This document shows positions 11,754-21,394 of a stretch of DNA of 64,000 nt, piece after piece (position 1 is the first letter of the stretch; every line of letters starts with the position of its first letter). The stretch is taken from assembly GCA_964350735.1 (NCBI GenBank), contig CAYGKO010000002.1, forward strand, positions 26,134 through 90,133, read 5' to 3'. Under the pieces are notes generated by a model, which had not been told where the DNA came from, did not search any database, and saw only the letters and a list, made by a program, of their open reading frames with translations. The translations under genes and the position numbers were made by a program. The DNA is from an uncultured Candidatus Saccharibacteria bacterium. Its GTDB lineage: Bacteria; Patescibacteriota; Minisyncoccia; Phycocordibacterales; UBA918.

Positions 11754-14384
11754 ATGGCTAAGAAAAAAACTACAAAAACTGAATGGGGAGAAAATGATGA
11801 AAAAATCATTGTTCGAGGTGCGCGCACCCATAACTTAAAAAATATCGATGTTGAGATGCCGCGCGGTAAAATGATCGCGATTACCGGACCGTCTGGTTCT
11901 GGTAAGTCATCGCTTGCCTTTGATACTATCTTCGCTGAAGGGCAGCGACGCTATGTTGAGTCACTGTCCCCGTACGCACGACAGTTTTTAAACAAAATGC
12001 AGAAACCTGATGTGGATGAGATTTCCGGTCTGTCCCCAGCTATTTCAATTGATCAAAAGTCAGCCAGCCGTAATCCACGCTCAACCGTTGCAACAATTAC
12101 TGAGATTTATGATTATCTCCGTATTCTGTACGCTCGGGTTGGACAACCGTACTGCCTTGACGTAGATGTTGAGATTCAGAAGTTGTCTCAAGATGAGATT
12201 CTGGGCATCGTTTTAAAGTCAATTGAAGATAAAGAAGTTACAACGGCCAAGAAAGCTGCCGAAAAGGTGATGGGTATAGAGGTTAGTAAAGGACGAGTAA
12301 GTATCTTTGCGCCAGTTATAGTAGGACGAAAGGGTGAATACTACCAGTTACTCTATGACCTCCTCGGAAAAGGATTTGAAACCGTAAAGATTGACGGTCA
12401 GATCAAACAGCTACGAGACAAGATTGAGTTAACTAAAACAAAACGACATGACATTGATGTGTTAGTTGATGAGATCTACGTTAGTGAGTTTACTGACGAC
12501 CCAAAGGGCTCCCGCGAACGATTATCTGAAGCAGTGGAGCTCGCACTACAGCAAGCCAATGGATTGGTGAAGATTGAATCACCAGACGGCAGTGAGCGCA
12601 CCTTATCAGCCAAGTTTATTTGCCCAATTGATGGTTCATCATTCCCAGAAGTGGAACCGCGACTCTTTTCTTTCAATTCACCGTATGGTGCCTGTCCCGA
12701 ATGTAACGGTCTTGGTGTAGTGGGGATTTTTAATTCAGATGTGTGTGAAAGTTGTAAAGGGGCCCGGTTACGCCCTGAAGCCTTGAGGGTATACCTCGGT
12801 GGGGACGGTAAGAAGAATCTTGGGATGAACATCGTTGACTTCACTCGATTGACCGTGAAAGAAGCTACTGACTTCATTGACTCCCTTAAACTTAGTAAAA
12901 AACAGCACGATATTGCTTGGCCAGCCCTACGGGAAGTAATCGAGCGCTTACAATTTATGAATAATGTCGGGATCGAATACCTAACGCTTGACCGTCGTGC
13001 TAATACGCTTTCGGGTGGAGAAGCACAACGTATTCGATTAGCGTCTCAGCTTGGATCTGGTTTAGTGGGTGCGCTGTATGTGCTCGATGAACCGACCATT
13101 GGTTTACACCAGCGCGATAATGATAAGCTGATCGAAACCCTAACTGAGCTACGTGATCTGGGGAATACTATTATCGTCGTTGAACACGATGAAGATACAA
13201 TTTACGCTGCTGACTACATCGTTGATATTGGTCCTGGGGCGGGTATTCGGGGTGGGGAAGTGGTGGTGGCAGACTTCTTGCCAAAGTTACTTAACGCGCC
13301 TGCAAACACTTTTAACTCAATCACAATCGATTATCTACGTGGCGATAAAAAAATCGAGATCCCAGAGCGACGCACCGGAGAAAAGGGTTCAATCAAGATC
13401 CGCGGTGGTAAGGCATTTAATATCACTAACCTGAACGTCGACATTCCACTTGGTCGACTGATTAGCGTGACTGGAGTGTCAGGTTCGGGAAAGTCTACCT
13501 TCATGTACGAGTTGTTACACAAAAACTTACAAGCCAAAATGGAAAAGAAGTACCGTACTGCGAAGGTCTACAATATCAAATCAATCACCGGTACTGAGTA
13601 TTTAGGACGCTCTATTTTGATCGACCAATCTCCAATTGGTCGCACGCCACGCTCTAATCCAGCCACCTACACCGGGGCCTTCACTCATATTCGTGACATG
13701 TTCGCTGCCAGTAGTGAAGCCAGAGCGCGCGGTTGGAAACCAGGACGTTTCTCCTTCAATGTAAAAGGTGGACGCTGCGAAGCCTGTCAGGGTAATGGTG
13801 TAATTGCAGTTGAGATGCACTTTTTACCAACAGTGTACGTGGGGTGTGATGTGTGTGATGGTAAGCGTTTTACGAAAGAAACCTTGGAGGTGTATTACAA
13901 AGGCAAGAATATCCACGAGGTACTCCATATGACTGTTGAAGAAGCCACCGAATTCTTCAAAGAAGTCCCAGCTATTTATGAGCGACTGGCTAGTTTGGTA
14001 AATGTAGGATTAGGATACTTAGAGCTTGGTCAAAGCGCGACCACGCTCTCTGGTGGAGAAGCGCAGCGTGTGAAGATCGCCTCAGAGCTCTATCGTCCAC
14101 ATACGCAAAAAACTATTTATCTACTCGATGAACCAACGATTGGACTCCATTATGAAGATGTGAAGAAGTTGATTGAAATTCTCCAAGAGCTGGTAAATCG
14201 TGGTAATACCGTCATGGTCATCGAACACAACCTCGACCTGATCAAATGTTCTGACTACGTACTCGATATTGGTCCTGAAGGCGGCGCTGGTGGCGGTCAG
14301 CTAGTGGCCAAAGGCACCCCCGAAGAAGTGGCAGAAAATATCAAGTCGCATACTGGGAAATATCTTAAGAAACATCTTAGGTAG
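11754..14384 (+). CDS. uvrA: excinuclease ABC subunit A
   Basis: Two Walker A motifs ([16 protein letters not shown]), two LSGGEAQR signatures, Zn fingers. Confidence 0.97.
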   Translation: MAKKKTTKTEWGENDEKIIVRGARTHNLKNIDVEMPRGKMIAITGPSGSGKSSLAFDTIFAEGQRRYVESLSPYARQFLNKMQKPDVDEISGLSPAISIDQKSASRNPRSTVATITEIYDYLRILYARVGQPYCLDVDVEIQKLSQDEILGIVLKSIEDKEVTTAKKAAEKVMGIEVSKGRVSIFAPVIVGRKGEYYQLLYDLLGKGFETVKIDGQIKQLRDKIELTKTKRHDIDVLVDEIYVSEFTDDPKGSRERLSEAVELALQQANGLVKIESPDGSERTLSAKFICPIDGSSFPEVEPRLFSFNSPYGACPECNGLGVVGIFNSDVCESCKGARLRPEALRVYLGGDGKKNLGMNIVDFTRLTVKEATDFIDSLKLSKKQHDIAWPALREVIERLQFMNNVGIEYLTLDRRANTLSGGEAQRIRLASQLGSGLVGALYVLDEPTIGLHQRDNDKLIETLTELRDLGNTIIVVEHDEDTIYAADYIVDIGPGAGIRGGEVVVADFLPKLLNAPANTFNSITIDYLRGDKKIEIPERRTGEKGSIKIRGGKAFNITNLNVDIPLGRLISVTGVSGSGKSTFMYELLHKNLQAKMEKKYRTAKVYNIKSITGTEYLGRSILIDQSPIGRTPRSNPATYTGAFTHIRDMFAASSEARARGWKPGRFSFNVKGGRCEACQGNGVIAVEMHFLPTVYVGCDVCDGKRFTKETLEVYYKGKNIHEVLHMTVEEATEFFKEVPAIYERLASLVNVGLGYLELGQSATTLSGGEAQRVKIASELYRPHTQKTIYLLDEPTIGLHYEDVKKLIEILQELVNRGNTVMVIEHNLDLIKCSDYVLDIGPEGGAGGGQLVAKGTPEEVAENIKSHTGKYLKKHLR

Positions 14385-14386
14385 TT

Positions 14387-15163
14387 ATGTCTGAAAATTT
14401 TATTTTTAAGCCCAAAACTGAATCAGTACAGCCAGAAGACATTGTTGCTCTGGAAACACCAGAAGAGTATCTGAAGGTACTTTTCTGGAGTTTTTTACTA
14501 TCACAAGGTGATGGAGGAGCACAGGGTCAGGTGCTTCGGTTCTGCCACCAGATGACCGGCCCTGTCCCAAACGATGTATTTCAAGGTGCTGCAAATATGT
14601 TTATTGATAAGTATATGGTGCAGGGAGATTTTGCTGACAATCTTAAACGAATACATGGACATTATGGATTTCCAAATGTGACACCTGAGTACTATGATGC
14701 GCATGCACCTAGGCACACTACAGACACACCACGTAAATCTCTACAGTATACGCTCAGGCTGATGAATTTTAATCCAACGCGGGAAGGAGTTTCAGGGTAT
14801 ATTCCAGGGTTATTCGCAGGAAAGACTTGGAATACCGATTATAAATATTTGTGCAGTAAAAATAGCCAATTTGGTGACGGCCGACCTGAAGCGATCTTGC
14901 CTGCGAATGGTAAAGATCTTTGGGAAAGCTTTGGAGTTCGTTTCTTTATAAAACAAGAAGCTATGCCTCCAATACCTGTTTTAAAATTATTTTTACAAAA
15001 CGAAATGCAAAGAATGCCCTGTATCGAAAAAAAATATGATCAAGGTGAAGAGCTGTATGCTAAGGAAAAAGTTGCAGCAGTGATGGATGTGTACGATGCA
15101 AAGCATCCAGAGCAAACACTAACCAAGCAAGAACGAGATGCGTATCTCGGGGTTTACAATTAG
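14387..15163 (+). CDS. hypothetical protein
   Basis: 258 aa ORF 2 nt after uvrA; no recognisable family. Confidence 0.65.
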   Translation: MSENFIFKPKTESVQPEDIVALETPEEYLKVLFWSFLLSQGDGGAQGQVLRFCHQMTGPVPNDVFQGAANMFIDKYMVQGDFADNLKRIHGHYGFPNVTPEYYDAHAPRHTTDTPRKSLQYTLRLMNFNPTREGVSGYIPGLFAGKTWNTDYKYLCSKNSQFGDGRPEAILPANGKDLWESFGVRFFIKQEAMPPIPVLKLFLQNEMQRMPCIEKKYDQGEELYAKEKVAAVMDVYDAKHPEQTLTKQERDAYLGVYN

Positions 15164-15255
15164 GAATGTTTTTGATTCTTCTGTTTCGCAAAACTGTTGA
15201 GAACTCTACCAGCTAATATATGTGTAGCTGGTATAGTTAATTTTTAGGAGGCCGT

Positions 15256-15576
15256 GTGCCTCAAAATGCCGCAACTAAGAGGGAGAGCACCTTGCAGCAG
15301 CAAAACATAGACCCGTATAAAATCCTTCACGATTTAGCTGTTTATTTTGGATTGCGGACTTCAGGAAATCGCATAAGAGATTTCAATCTCTCATTTGCAG
15401 TAACTGTTGTTTTGAAAGTATACCAACTGCATCCTGAACGAAGGGAACCCCATAAACTTGCCGCCCAAGAAATTGCGCTACTTTTCGTATCGGGTGCTGT
15501 AAGAAACAGACCCATTTTAAAAACATGGGAAGAACACTGTGCCAGCGAACAGTCTGAAAAGATTGCTGCTGAATGA
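15256..15576 (+). CDS. hypothetical protein
   Basis: 106 aa ORF with AGGAGG upstream of the GTG start and a terminator downstream. Confidence 0.55.
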   Translation: MPQNAATKRESTLQQQNIDPYKILHDLAVYFGLRTSGNRIRDFNLSFAVTVVLKVYQLHPERREPHKLAAQEIALLFVSGAVRNRPILKTWEEHCASEQSEKIAAE

Positions 15577-15580
15577 ATCT

Positions 15581-15609
15581 GGCCGCTGGTGCAATACTGG
15601 CGGCCTTTT
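15581..15609 (+). terminator. probable intrinsic terminator
   Basis: GGCCGCTGG-loop-CTGGCGGCC followed by TTTT. Confidence 0.65.
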
Positions 15610-15627
15610 CCATGCTAGAGTAGCTCA

Positions 15628-16863
15628 GTGAAAAAAGAGGATTTAGTCAAAAAGAAATTACCTGACAACCCGGGGGTGTATTTCTTCTTAGGGTCTAGGA
15701 AGGAGATTTTATATATTGGGAAAGCTACCTCGCTGCGGAATAGAGTACGAAGTTATTTTACGCATGATATTAAAGAGAAGCGTTCAGAGTTGATAGAAAA
15801 AATGGTGACGGTCTCTAAAACAGTGGACTGGACAGAAACTGACAGCACTTTGGAGGCGCTTATCTTAGAGACAAACCTGATCCGTACTCATAAACCTTTT
15901 TATAATACTCGAAGTAAAGATGATAAGTCATACAACCACCTTATTATTACTAATGAAGAATGGCCGCGAGTATTAGTCATACGTGGTAAGGATCTGACTG
16001 AGCAATATACGGAAAAAGATATTAAGTATCATTTTGGGCCATTTCCGAGCGGCTTGCTATTCCGTGAGGCACTCAAAATAATCCGTAAGCTATTTAAATT
16101 TTATGACACGAAAGAACCATTAGGGGCAGAGAAGTCCAAGTTCGCTCGGGGTAAGATTGACTTCAATCGCCAAATTGGATTATATCCAGAGAATCATTCA
16201 AAAGCTGAATACTTACGAACGATTCGTCATATTAGACTCTTTTTTGAAGGTAAGAAACACCTGCTTATAAAAGAACTTAACAAAGATATGATGCGAGCAG
16301 CTAAGCAAGAAGAGTTTGAGATTGCTGGCAGTATAAAGAAGAAGATTTTTGCCTTAGAGCACATTCAGGATATCGCTCTGATTCGCGATGATACCAAGGT
16401 ATATAGAGATGAAAAAAGTGTCCGAATTGAAGCATATGACATTGCTCACATGGGTGGTCAGGACATGGTTGGTGTGATGACGGTAGTAGAAAATGGCGAA
16501 CCGAAAAAATCCGACTACCGCAAGTTTAAGATCCAGTCAGTGAGCGGCAGCAACGATCCTGCAGCACTGAAAGAAGTACTAGAGCGCCGTCTAGGGCACC
16601 CAGAATGGCCATTCCCGCAAATTATTGTGATGGATGGTAGTACAGCTCAGAAAAACGCTGCCGAATTTGTCTTACGGAAGCTTGGGCTGGTGATACCAGT
16701 GGTCGCTGTAGTGAAAGATGAAAAACATAAACCTATCAGGTTGATAGCTTCAAAGAAACTAACTGATCAATATAAGGATCTCATTTTGCTAGCAAACGCA
16801 GAGTCCCATCGTTTTGCAATCAATTATCACCGGCGTTCTAGTCGCAAAAGGAAACTTTTATAA
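15628..16863 (+). CDS. uvrC: excinuclease ABC subunit C (short form lacking the C-terminal HhH domain)
   Basis: GIY-YIG (PGVY..ILYIGKA..LR.RV.SYF), UVR segment, RNase H-like domain (EAYDIAH, MDG, ESHRFA). Confidence 0.88.
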   Translation: MKKEDLVKKKLPDNPGVYFFLGSRKEILYIGKATSLRNRVRSYFTHDIKEKRSELIEKMVTVSKTVDWTETDSTLEALILETNLIRTHKPFYNTRSKDDKSYNHLIITNEEWPRVLVIRGKDLTEQYTEKDIKYHFGPFPSGLLFREALKIIRKLFKFYDTKEPLGAEKSKFARGKIDFNRQIGLYPENHSKAEYLRTIRHIRLFFEGKKHLLIKELNKDMMRAAKQEEFEIAGSIKKKIFALEHIQDIALIRDDTKVYRDEKSVRIEAYDIAHMGGQDMVGVMTVVENGEPKKSDYRKFKIQSVSGSNDPAALKEVLERRLGHPEWPFPQIIVMDGSTAQKNAAEFVLRKLGLVIPVVAVVKDEKHKPIRLIASKKLTDQYKDLILLANAESHRFAINYHRRSSRKRKLL

Positions 16864-16887
16864 ACGCGTTTTTGTTCTACTGAGTAT

Positions 16888-17691
16888 ATGAACAATAAAG
16901 TAGCAATCATAGGACACGGGTACGTAGGGCAGGCACTAGAGAATTATTTTAAAGATAAGTTTGAGGTAGTTATATATGACCCAATAAAGGGTTTCGACGA
17001 CAAAGAACTGGTCAATGCCTGCGGATTAGCAGTGGTCAGTGTGCCGACTACTATGCTTGAGGATGGCAGTGTTGACCTTTCAATTGTTGATGAAATATTT
17101 CAGTGGCTGCAAACTGAATCAATTGTGATCAAGAGTACAATTCCACCAGGAACTACAAAAAAATTAGCTGAACAGTATAATTTTGCTGATCGGTTAGTAT
17201 TTTCACCTGAGTATATTGGTGAAGGTGGGTATCCGGTACCTCACTGGGAAGGAGTCCCGCATCCAACTGATGTGAAGTTACATCAACATATAATATTTGG
17301 TGGAAGTCGGGAAGCCAGAGATGCTGTGAGACCATATTTTGAACGTGTTTCAGGTCCGTTTGCGCACTACCACATGACTGATAGTACAACTGCAGAACTA
17401 ACTAAGTATATGGAAAATACTTGGATAGCTACTAAAGTCACTTTTTGTAATGAGTTTTATGATATAGCGGGGAGTTATGGTGTTGATTACGCAGAGCTCA
17501 GAGAGCTCTGGTTGACAGATGGACGGATAAATCCATCGCACACACTGGTATATGCTGATCAGCGAGGTTTTGATGGTAAGTGTATCCCAAAAGATACAAA
17601 TGGCATGGTGAAAAATGCGGCGAAACAAGGGTATGAGGCAAAGTTTTTGGCGGCAGTGCTGGATCGTAATGAGGACTTTAGACAACTCTAG
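16888..17691 (+). CDS. UDP-glucose/GDP-mannose dehydrogenase family protein (short form)
   Basis: GHGYVG Rossmann motif, KSTIPPG, FSPEY, AELTKY.EN...ATKVTF.NE and catalytic GKCIPKD; no C-terminal UDP-binding domain. Confidence 0.85.
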   Translation: MNNKVAIIGHGYVGQALENYFKDKFEVVIYDPIKGFDDKELVNACGLAVVSVPTTMLEDGSVDLSIVDEIFQWLQTESIVIKSTIPPGTTKKLAEQYNFADRLVFSPEYIGEGGYPVPHWEGVPHPTDVKLHQHIIFGGSREARDAVRPYFERVSGPFAHYHMTDSTTAELTKYMENTWIATKVTFCNEFYDIAGSYGVDYAELRELWLTDGRINPSHTLVYADQRGFDGKCIPKDTNGMVKNAAKQGYEAKFLAAVLDRNEDFRQL

Positions 17692-17721
17692 TTCAGATTA
17701 TGGCTGTGGTATTATTGTGAA

Positions 17722-18684
17722 ATGAAAGAAAACCACAAACCGAGAATTGCTGTCTTACGTGGTGGCCCCAGTGAGGAGCATGTGTTATCCATGCAAAATG
17801 GTGGAGAAGTCTCCTCAGTATTAAAAGCAACTGGTCTCTATGATGTTGTTGATATAAATGTCACAAAGAATGGCGAATGGCTCGAAGATGGTTTTGTCCG
17901 CTCATCTCAAGACATTCTAAATAAAGTTGATTCTGTCTATATTGGACTGCATGGTCTCTATGGCGAAGACGGCTCCGTGCAGCGAGTCATTGAACGAGCT
18001 GGAGTAAACTACAATGGCAGTAAACCATTTCAATCTGCTGTTGGGCTCAACAAGATGTTAACAAAGGAGCATGTAAAAAATACGCAAGTACAAAAAGCCG
18101 CCCATTTACGTCTCAGTAAATCAGGAGTAGCAGATGTACACGCCAGCGCCAATACAACCGAAAAACTCTTAGGCGGAGCATTTATTGTAAAGCCCACCTT
18201 TGGAGGTTCTGGTATTGGTATGCGAATTGCAAATGGTAGTTATGAACTAGCAAAAGTGCTAGCAGAAATGTTTGAAAAGTACGATGACGTATTAGTGGAA
18301 CAGCGAATTAATGGAGCGTCAGTGACTTGTGGAGTAGTTAATGATTTGCGAGGTACCGCACTCTATGCAACTCCCACGATCGAAGTGGTACATGATCTGG
18401 AGACAGATCAAGATGTGTTTGCAGCCGAAAAAATTGTTCCAGGACGATTTACAAAAAATACTAAAGATAGAATTGCAGATTTTTCAAAACAAATTCATAC
18501 TGAACTTGGGCTTTCAGATATGTCGAGGTCAGATTTTATTGTCACCCCAGAAGGTGAGATTTTCTTTTTGGAAGTAAACACACTACCAGCTGTTACTAAA
18601 AATTCGCCACTTATGGCTGGTATGGATAGTCTAGGTGTTTCACAAGAAGAGTTGGTATGTCATTTGTGTGGCGGTGCCGTCTAG
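17722..18684 (+). CDS. ddl: D-alanine--D-alanine ligase family protein
   Basis: GGPSEEH, HGLYGEDG, RSDF and EVNTLP ATP-grasp motifs. Confidence 0.85.
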   Translation: MKENHKPRIAVLRGGPSEEHVLSMQNGGEVSSVLKATGLYDVVDINVTKNGEWLEDGFVRSSQDILNKVDSVYIGLHGLYGEDGSVQRVIERAGVNYNGSKPFQSAVGLNKMLTKEHVKNTQVQKAAHLRLSKSGVADVHASANTTEKLLGGAFIVKPTFGGSGIGMRIANGSYELAKVLAEMFEKYDDVLVEQRINGASVTCGVVNDLRGTALYATPTIEVVHDLETDQDVFAAEKIVPGRFTKNTKDRIADFSKQIHTELGLSDMSRSDFIVTPEGEIFFLEVNTLPAVTKNSPLMAGMDSLGVSQEELVCHLCGGAV

Positions 18685-18732
18685 GTGCATATCTTTAAAA
18701 ACCACTCTCGTGCGTCTGGTAAACTAGCAGTA

Positions 18733-19032
18733 ATGAAAAAAGCTCCTAAGCTCTTAACGAAGAGAGAAATTTCAAGCTTTGCTAAAAAACATTCAGAGTG
18801 GACTTTGAACAAAAAAGAAACTGAGATAAAACGTGAATTTGAGATGACAGATTATATTTCTGGATTGATCTTTATGGCTCGGATTGCAGTGCATGCTGAG
18901 ATCGCAAATCATCATCCTGACATGCAACTGTCGTATGGTGCTGTAAAAGTCACTTTGTCGACGCATGACAGTAAGGGTCTGACAAAGCTCGATGTTGTGT
19001 TAGCGGGGAAAATTGACAAATTGTATAAATAA
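18733..19032 (+). CDS. pterin-4-alpha-carbinolamine dehydratase
   Basis: AE..NHHPD...YG.V.V.L.THD..GLT..D motif; start ATG18733 follows TGGTAAACT extended -10. Confidence 0.9.
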   Translation: MKKAPKLLTKREISSFAKKHSEWTLNKKETEIKREFEMTDYISGLIFMARIAVHAEIANHHPDMQLSYGAVKVTLSTHDSKGLTKLDVVLAGKIDKLYK

Positions 19033-19050
19033 CTTTGCTATAATTTCTGT

Positions 19051-19587
19051 ATGATAAATGAACGCGCCATTATTGTTGCACTTTCGTACGTAATTGGATT
19101 TGTAACCGCTTTTATAGCCTTTGGCATTTCACAGCAAACACCACACTACAGTCAGCATTATTCTGATGCTAACGCCTCTAAGTTTTCAAATGTGGTAGAT
19201 GTAGAAATGGCTGCGTCTTCTTTCCAGGCCTTTAAAAACGAAACCGGGCTATTTGTAGCCGTAGATGGAGATGAGCGGATTATAACAGCAAAACTTGAAG
19301 GCAAAGAAGGCGAGCCTGGCTTCCACTTTGATGTTCCATATTACGAAGTGTCTCCTGATATGCAGTACATTCATTACTGTGAACAAATGTCCGAAATCCC
19401 TACTGAGTGCACAAGCTTTGTATATGTAGTTGATCAACACGTTGTGTATCCAGCTGATTTTGATGGCAGCGGGATTGTGTCTAGTATCCTTGATATGCAC
19501 ACACATTGGCTAGATGATGGGCGCTTAGAAATTGGACCATTTGTATCGGCTTCAGCTGAAAAGCCATGGATGCTTGTACAATACTAA
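19051..19587 (+). CDS. hypothetical membrane-anchored/exported protein
   Basis: N-terminal TM, beta-rich remainder; TGCTATAAT six nt upstream. Confidence 0.7.
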   Translation: MINERAIIVALSYVIGFVTAFIAFGISQQTPHYSQHYSDANASKFSNVVDVEMAASSFQAFKNETGLFVAVDGDERIITAKLEGKEGEPGFHFDVPYYEVSPDMQYIHYCEQMSEIPTECTSFVYVVDQHVVYPADFDGSGIVSSILDMHTHWLDDGRLEIGPFVSASAEKPWMLVQY

Positions 19588-19598
19588 CTTCTCTTCAA

Positions 19599-19637
19599 AA
19601 AGTAAAAGCCGCTTCTGAAAGAAGCGGCTTTTACTTT
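19599..19637. terminator. bidirectional intrinsic terminator
   Basis: AAAGTAAAAGCCGCTTC-tgaaa-GAAGCGGCTTTTACTTT perfect inverted repeat. Confidence 0.8.
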
Positions 19638-19642
19638 ACTAT

Positions 19643-19819
19643 GTGGAATCGACAGGACTTGGTCACGAATCACTAAGCATATTATTTCGCTTCGCTCATA
19701 ATCTACCCAGTGTTCTCGACCCCGACTCGCCGACAAGCACTCGCTTCGCTCGTCTTGTGTACCGGCTCCGTCTTTCAAGTCCTGACGCAAAGCCTACCAG
19801 GCTTTGCTTCGAGTCCACC
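19643..19819. repeat. tRNA-Ala 3'-end-derived palindromic element
   Basis: Direct copy of the tRNA 3' end at 19643-19661 (18/19 identical), inverted copy split by a hairpin at 19774-19819, internal TCGCTTCGCTC twice. Confidence 0.7.
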
Positions 19820-19820
19820 T

Positions 19821-19850
19821 AAAAACACAAAACCGCCTATTGGCGGTGTG
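19821..19850 (-). terminator. terminator downstream of tRNA-Ala
   Basis: Minus strand ACCGCC-aata-GGCGGT followed by TTTGTGTTTTT. Confidence 0.7.
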
Positions 19851-19854
19851 TATT

Positions 19855-19930
19855 TGGTGGACTCGACAGGACTTGAACCCGCTACCTCCTCAGTGCAAAT
19901 GAGGCGCTCTACCAGATGAGCTACGAGCCC
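19855..19930 (-). tRNA. tRNA-Ala (UGC)
   Basis: 76 nt cloverleaf GGGCTCG...CGAGTCC-A-CCA with G3:U70, anticodon arm CCTCA-ttTGCac-TGAGG, T-loop GTTCAAG. Confidence 0.96.
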
Positions 19931-19963
19931 TTGTGACAGGGACTTGAATATCAAGTGGGCATT

Positions 19964-19992
19964 ATACTACTCAGCAAATGTGATTTAGTCAA
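19964..19992 (-). promoter_or_regulatory. sigma70-type promoter of tRNA-Ala
   Basis: Minus strand TTGACT-17nt-TAGTAT. Confidence 0.6.
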
Positions 19993-20072
19993 TGGTTAAA
20001 CTAAGCCAGTATGTGAGTACTCTTTTGATATCCCCACTTTATTTTTTAGTCAACATTTGCTACTATGCATCC

Positions 20073-20195
20073 GCAGGTTAGTTATAGATCTTACTTGGCT
20101 ACATTTTAGACAATAGAGTTTTTCATCAGAACAGGATTGATGAATACTTCCGGTTGTCTCGAATGAGTTTAGTTGGGTAGAAATGAACCGTCTGC
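20073..20195 (+). ncRNA. candidate rod-like structured RNA in the atp operon leader
   Basis: Nested helices across about 123 nt downstream of a TGCTACTAT extended -10 and ending 12 nt before the atpB start. Confidence 0.55.
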
Positions 20196-20207
20196 AAGGT
20201 ATTTTCT

Positions 20208-20984
20208 ATGTTCAGTCTGATTAATACAGCACACGCTGCTGAAGGTATCTCAGTAAAGCTAGACCCCTATATCGTGGGGGAGTTTTTCGGTATTTCAATC
20301 ACCGCTACCATGCTTACAACCTGGCTGGCTATGGTCATCTTGATTGTTTTGGCAGTCACTGTGGGACGAAATCTTAAAAAAGTACCAGGGAAATTACAAC
20401 TGATCTTTGAAACTGTCGTAGGCGGTATTTACCAATACGTTGAAGACACGCTAGAAAGTAAGGATTTGGCCCGAAAGTACTTTCCAATCTTAATCACTAT
20501 GTTCTTGTTCCTTTTAGTGATGAACTGGGTGGGATTACTGCCAGGTGTTACTACTATCGGGTTGTTTGATGGTCATGGAGACGGTTCACACTTTACACCG
20601 TTCTTTTATCCTCCAGCTACTGACTTAAATGTTGCAATTGCCTTTGCGCTCATTGCAATGTTTACGATTGAGTTTGCTGGGATAGCAGCGCTTGGAGTGT
20701 GGAAGTATGGCGGTAAATTCATCAACTTCTCCTCGCCACTTAATTTCCTAGTAGGAATTATCGAACTTATCAGTGAAATCGGTCGATTAGTTTCGTTCTC
20801 ATTCCGACTTTTTGGAAATATCTTCGCCGGGAAAACACTCCTAGTAGTGGCCACATTCTTTGTGCCGTTTGTGCTGCCAGTACCGATTCTAGCCTATGAG
20901 GTGTTCGTGGGCTTTATCCAAGCCGGAGTGTTCTTCTTCTTGACGTTGGTCTTTATTAAGTTGGCCGTAGCGGAGCCGCACTAG
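20208..20984 (+). CDS. atpB: F0F1 ATP synthase subunit a
   Basis: SFSFRLFGNIFAG conserved Arg helix, IQA motif. Confidence 0.96.
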   Translation: MFSLINTAHAAEGISVKLDPYIVGEFFGISITATMLTTWLAMVILIVLAVTVGRNLKKVPGKLQLIFETVVGGIYQYVEDTLESKDLARKYFPILITMFLFLLVMNWVGLLPGVTTIGLFDGHGDGSHFTPFFYPPATDLNVAIAFALIAMFTIEFAGIAALGVWKYGGKFINFSSPLNFLVGIIELISEIGRLVSFSFRLFGNIFAGKTLLVVATFFVPFVLPVPILAYEVFVGFIQAGVFFFLTLVFIKLAVAEPH

Positions 20985-21073
20985 TGAATAATCACGAATC
21001 TCGCACATTGGGCGCGCGATTCGTACTTGTTCGTTAGAGCAGTACAAAATTAATTAATTAACTTACATATTTT

Positions 21074-21340
21074 ATGTCACCAGAAATGGAATTGGCGATG
21101 GCTGCATCACAAATGAGTGCAGACTCAATCAAAGCGATTGCGATGGCGCTTGCAGCAGGTCTTGGTGTGATGGGGCCAGGTATCGGTATTGGTATCCTTG
21201 TGTCAAAAGCACTTGAAGCAATTGGACGAAATCCAGAAGCAGCCAGCAAGATCCAAAGTACAATGATCCTCGGTATTGTATTCGTAGAAGCGTTGGCTAT
21301 TTTCGCCCTTGTAGTTGCTTTCGTTATTAAGTTTGCATAG
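21074..21340 (+). CDS. atpE: F0F1 ATP synthase subunit c
   Basis: GxGxG, RNPE loop, carboxylate in FVEAL. Confidence 0.96.
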   Translation: MSPEMELAMAASQMSADSIKAIAMALAAGLGVMGPGIGIGILVSKALEAIGRNPEAASKIQSTMILGIVFVEALAIFALVVAFVIKFA

Positions 21341-21394
21341 CAAATTAATTGCTTTAAAGCAGTAACTTAAGGTTTGCTTTAGCATATATACGTT

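Noticed and set aside
19643-19875. Integrated prophage or genomic island at tRNA-Ala
   Set aside because: The direct repeats enclose only about 200 bp and there is no integrase; kept only as a small element
19584-19919. ORFs 19584-19790 (-) and 19710-19919 (+)
   Set aside because: They overlap the tRNA, terminators and palindromic element; no protein-like features
20073-20195. SRP (4.5S) RNA identity for the atp leader rod
   Set aside because: The conserved helix-8 GNRA loop with flanking CAGG/AGCA internal loop is not visible
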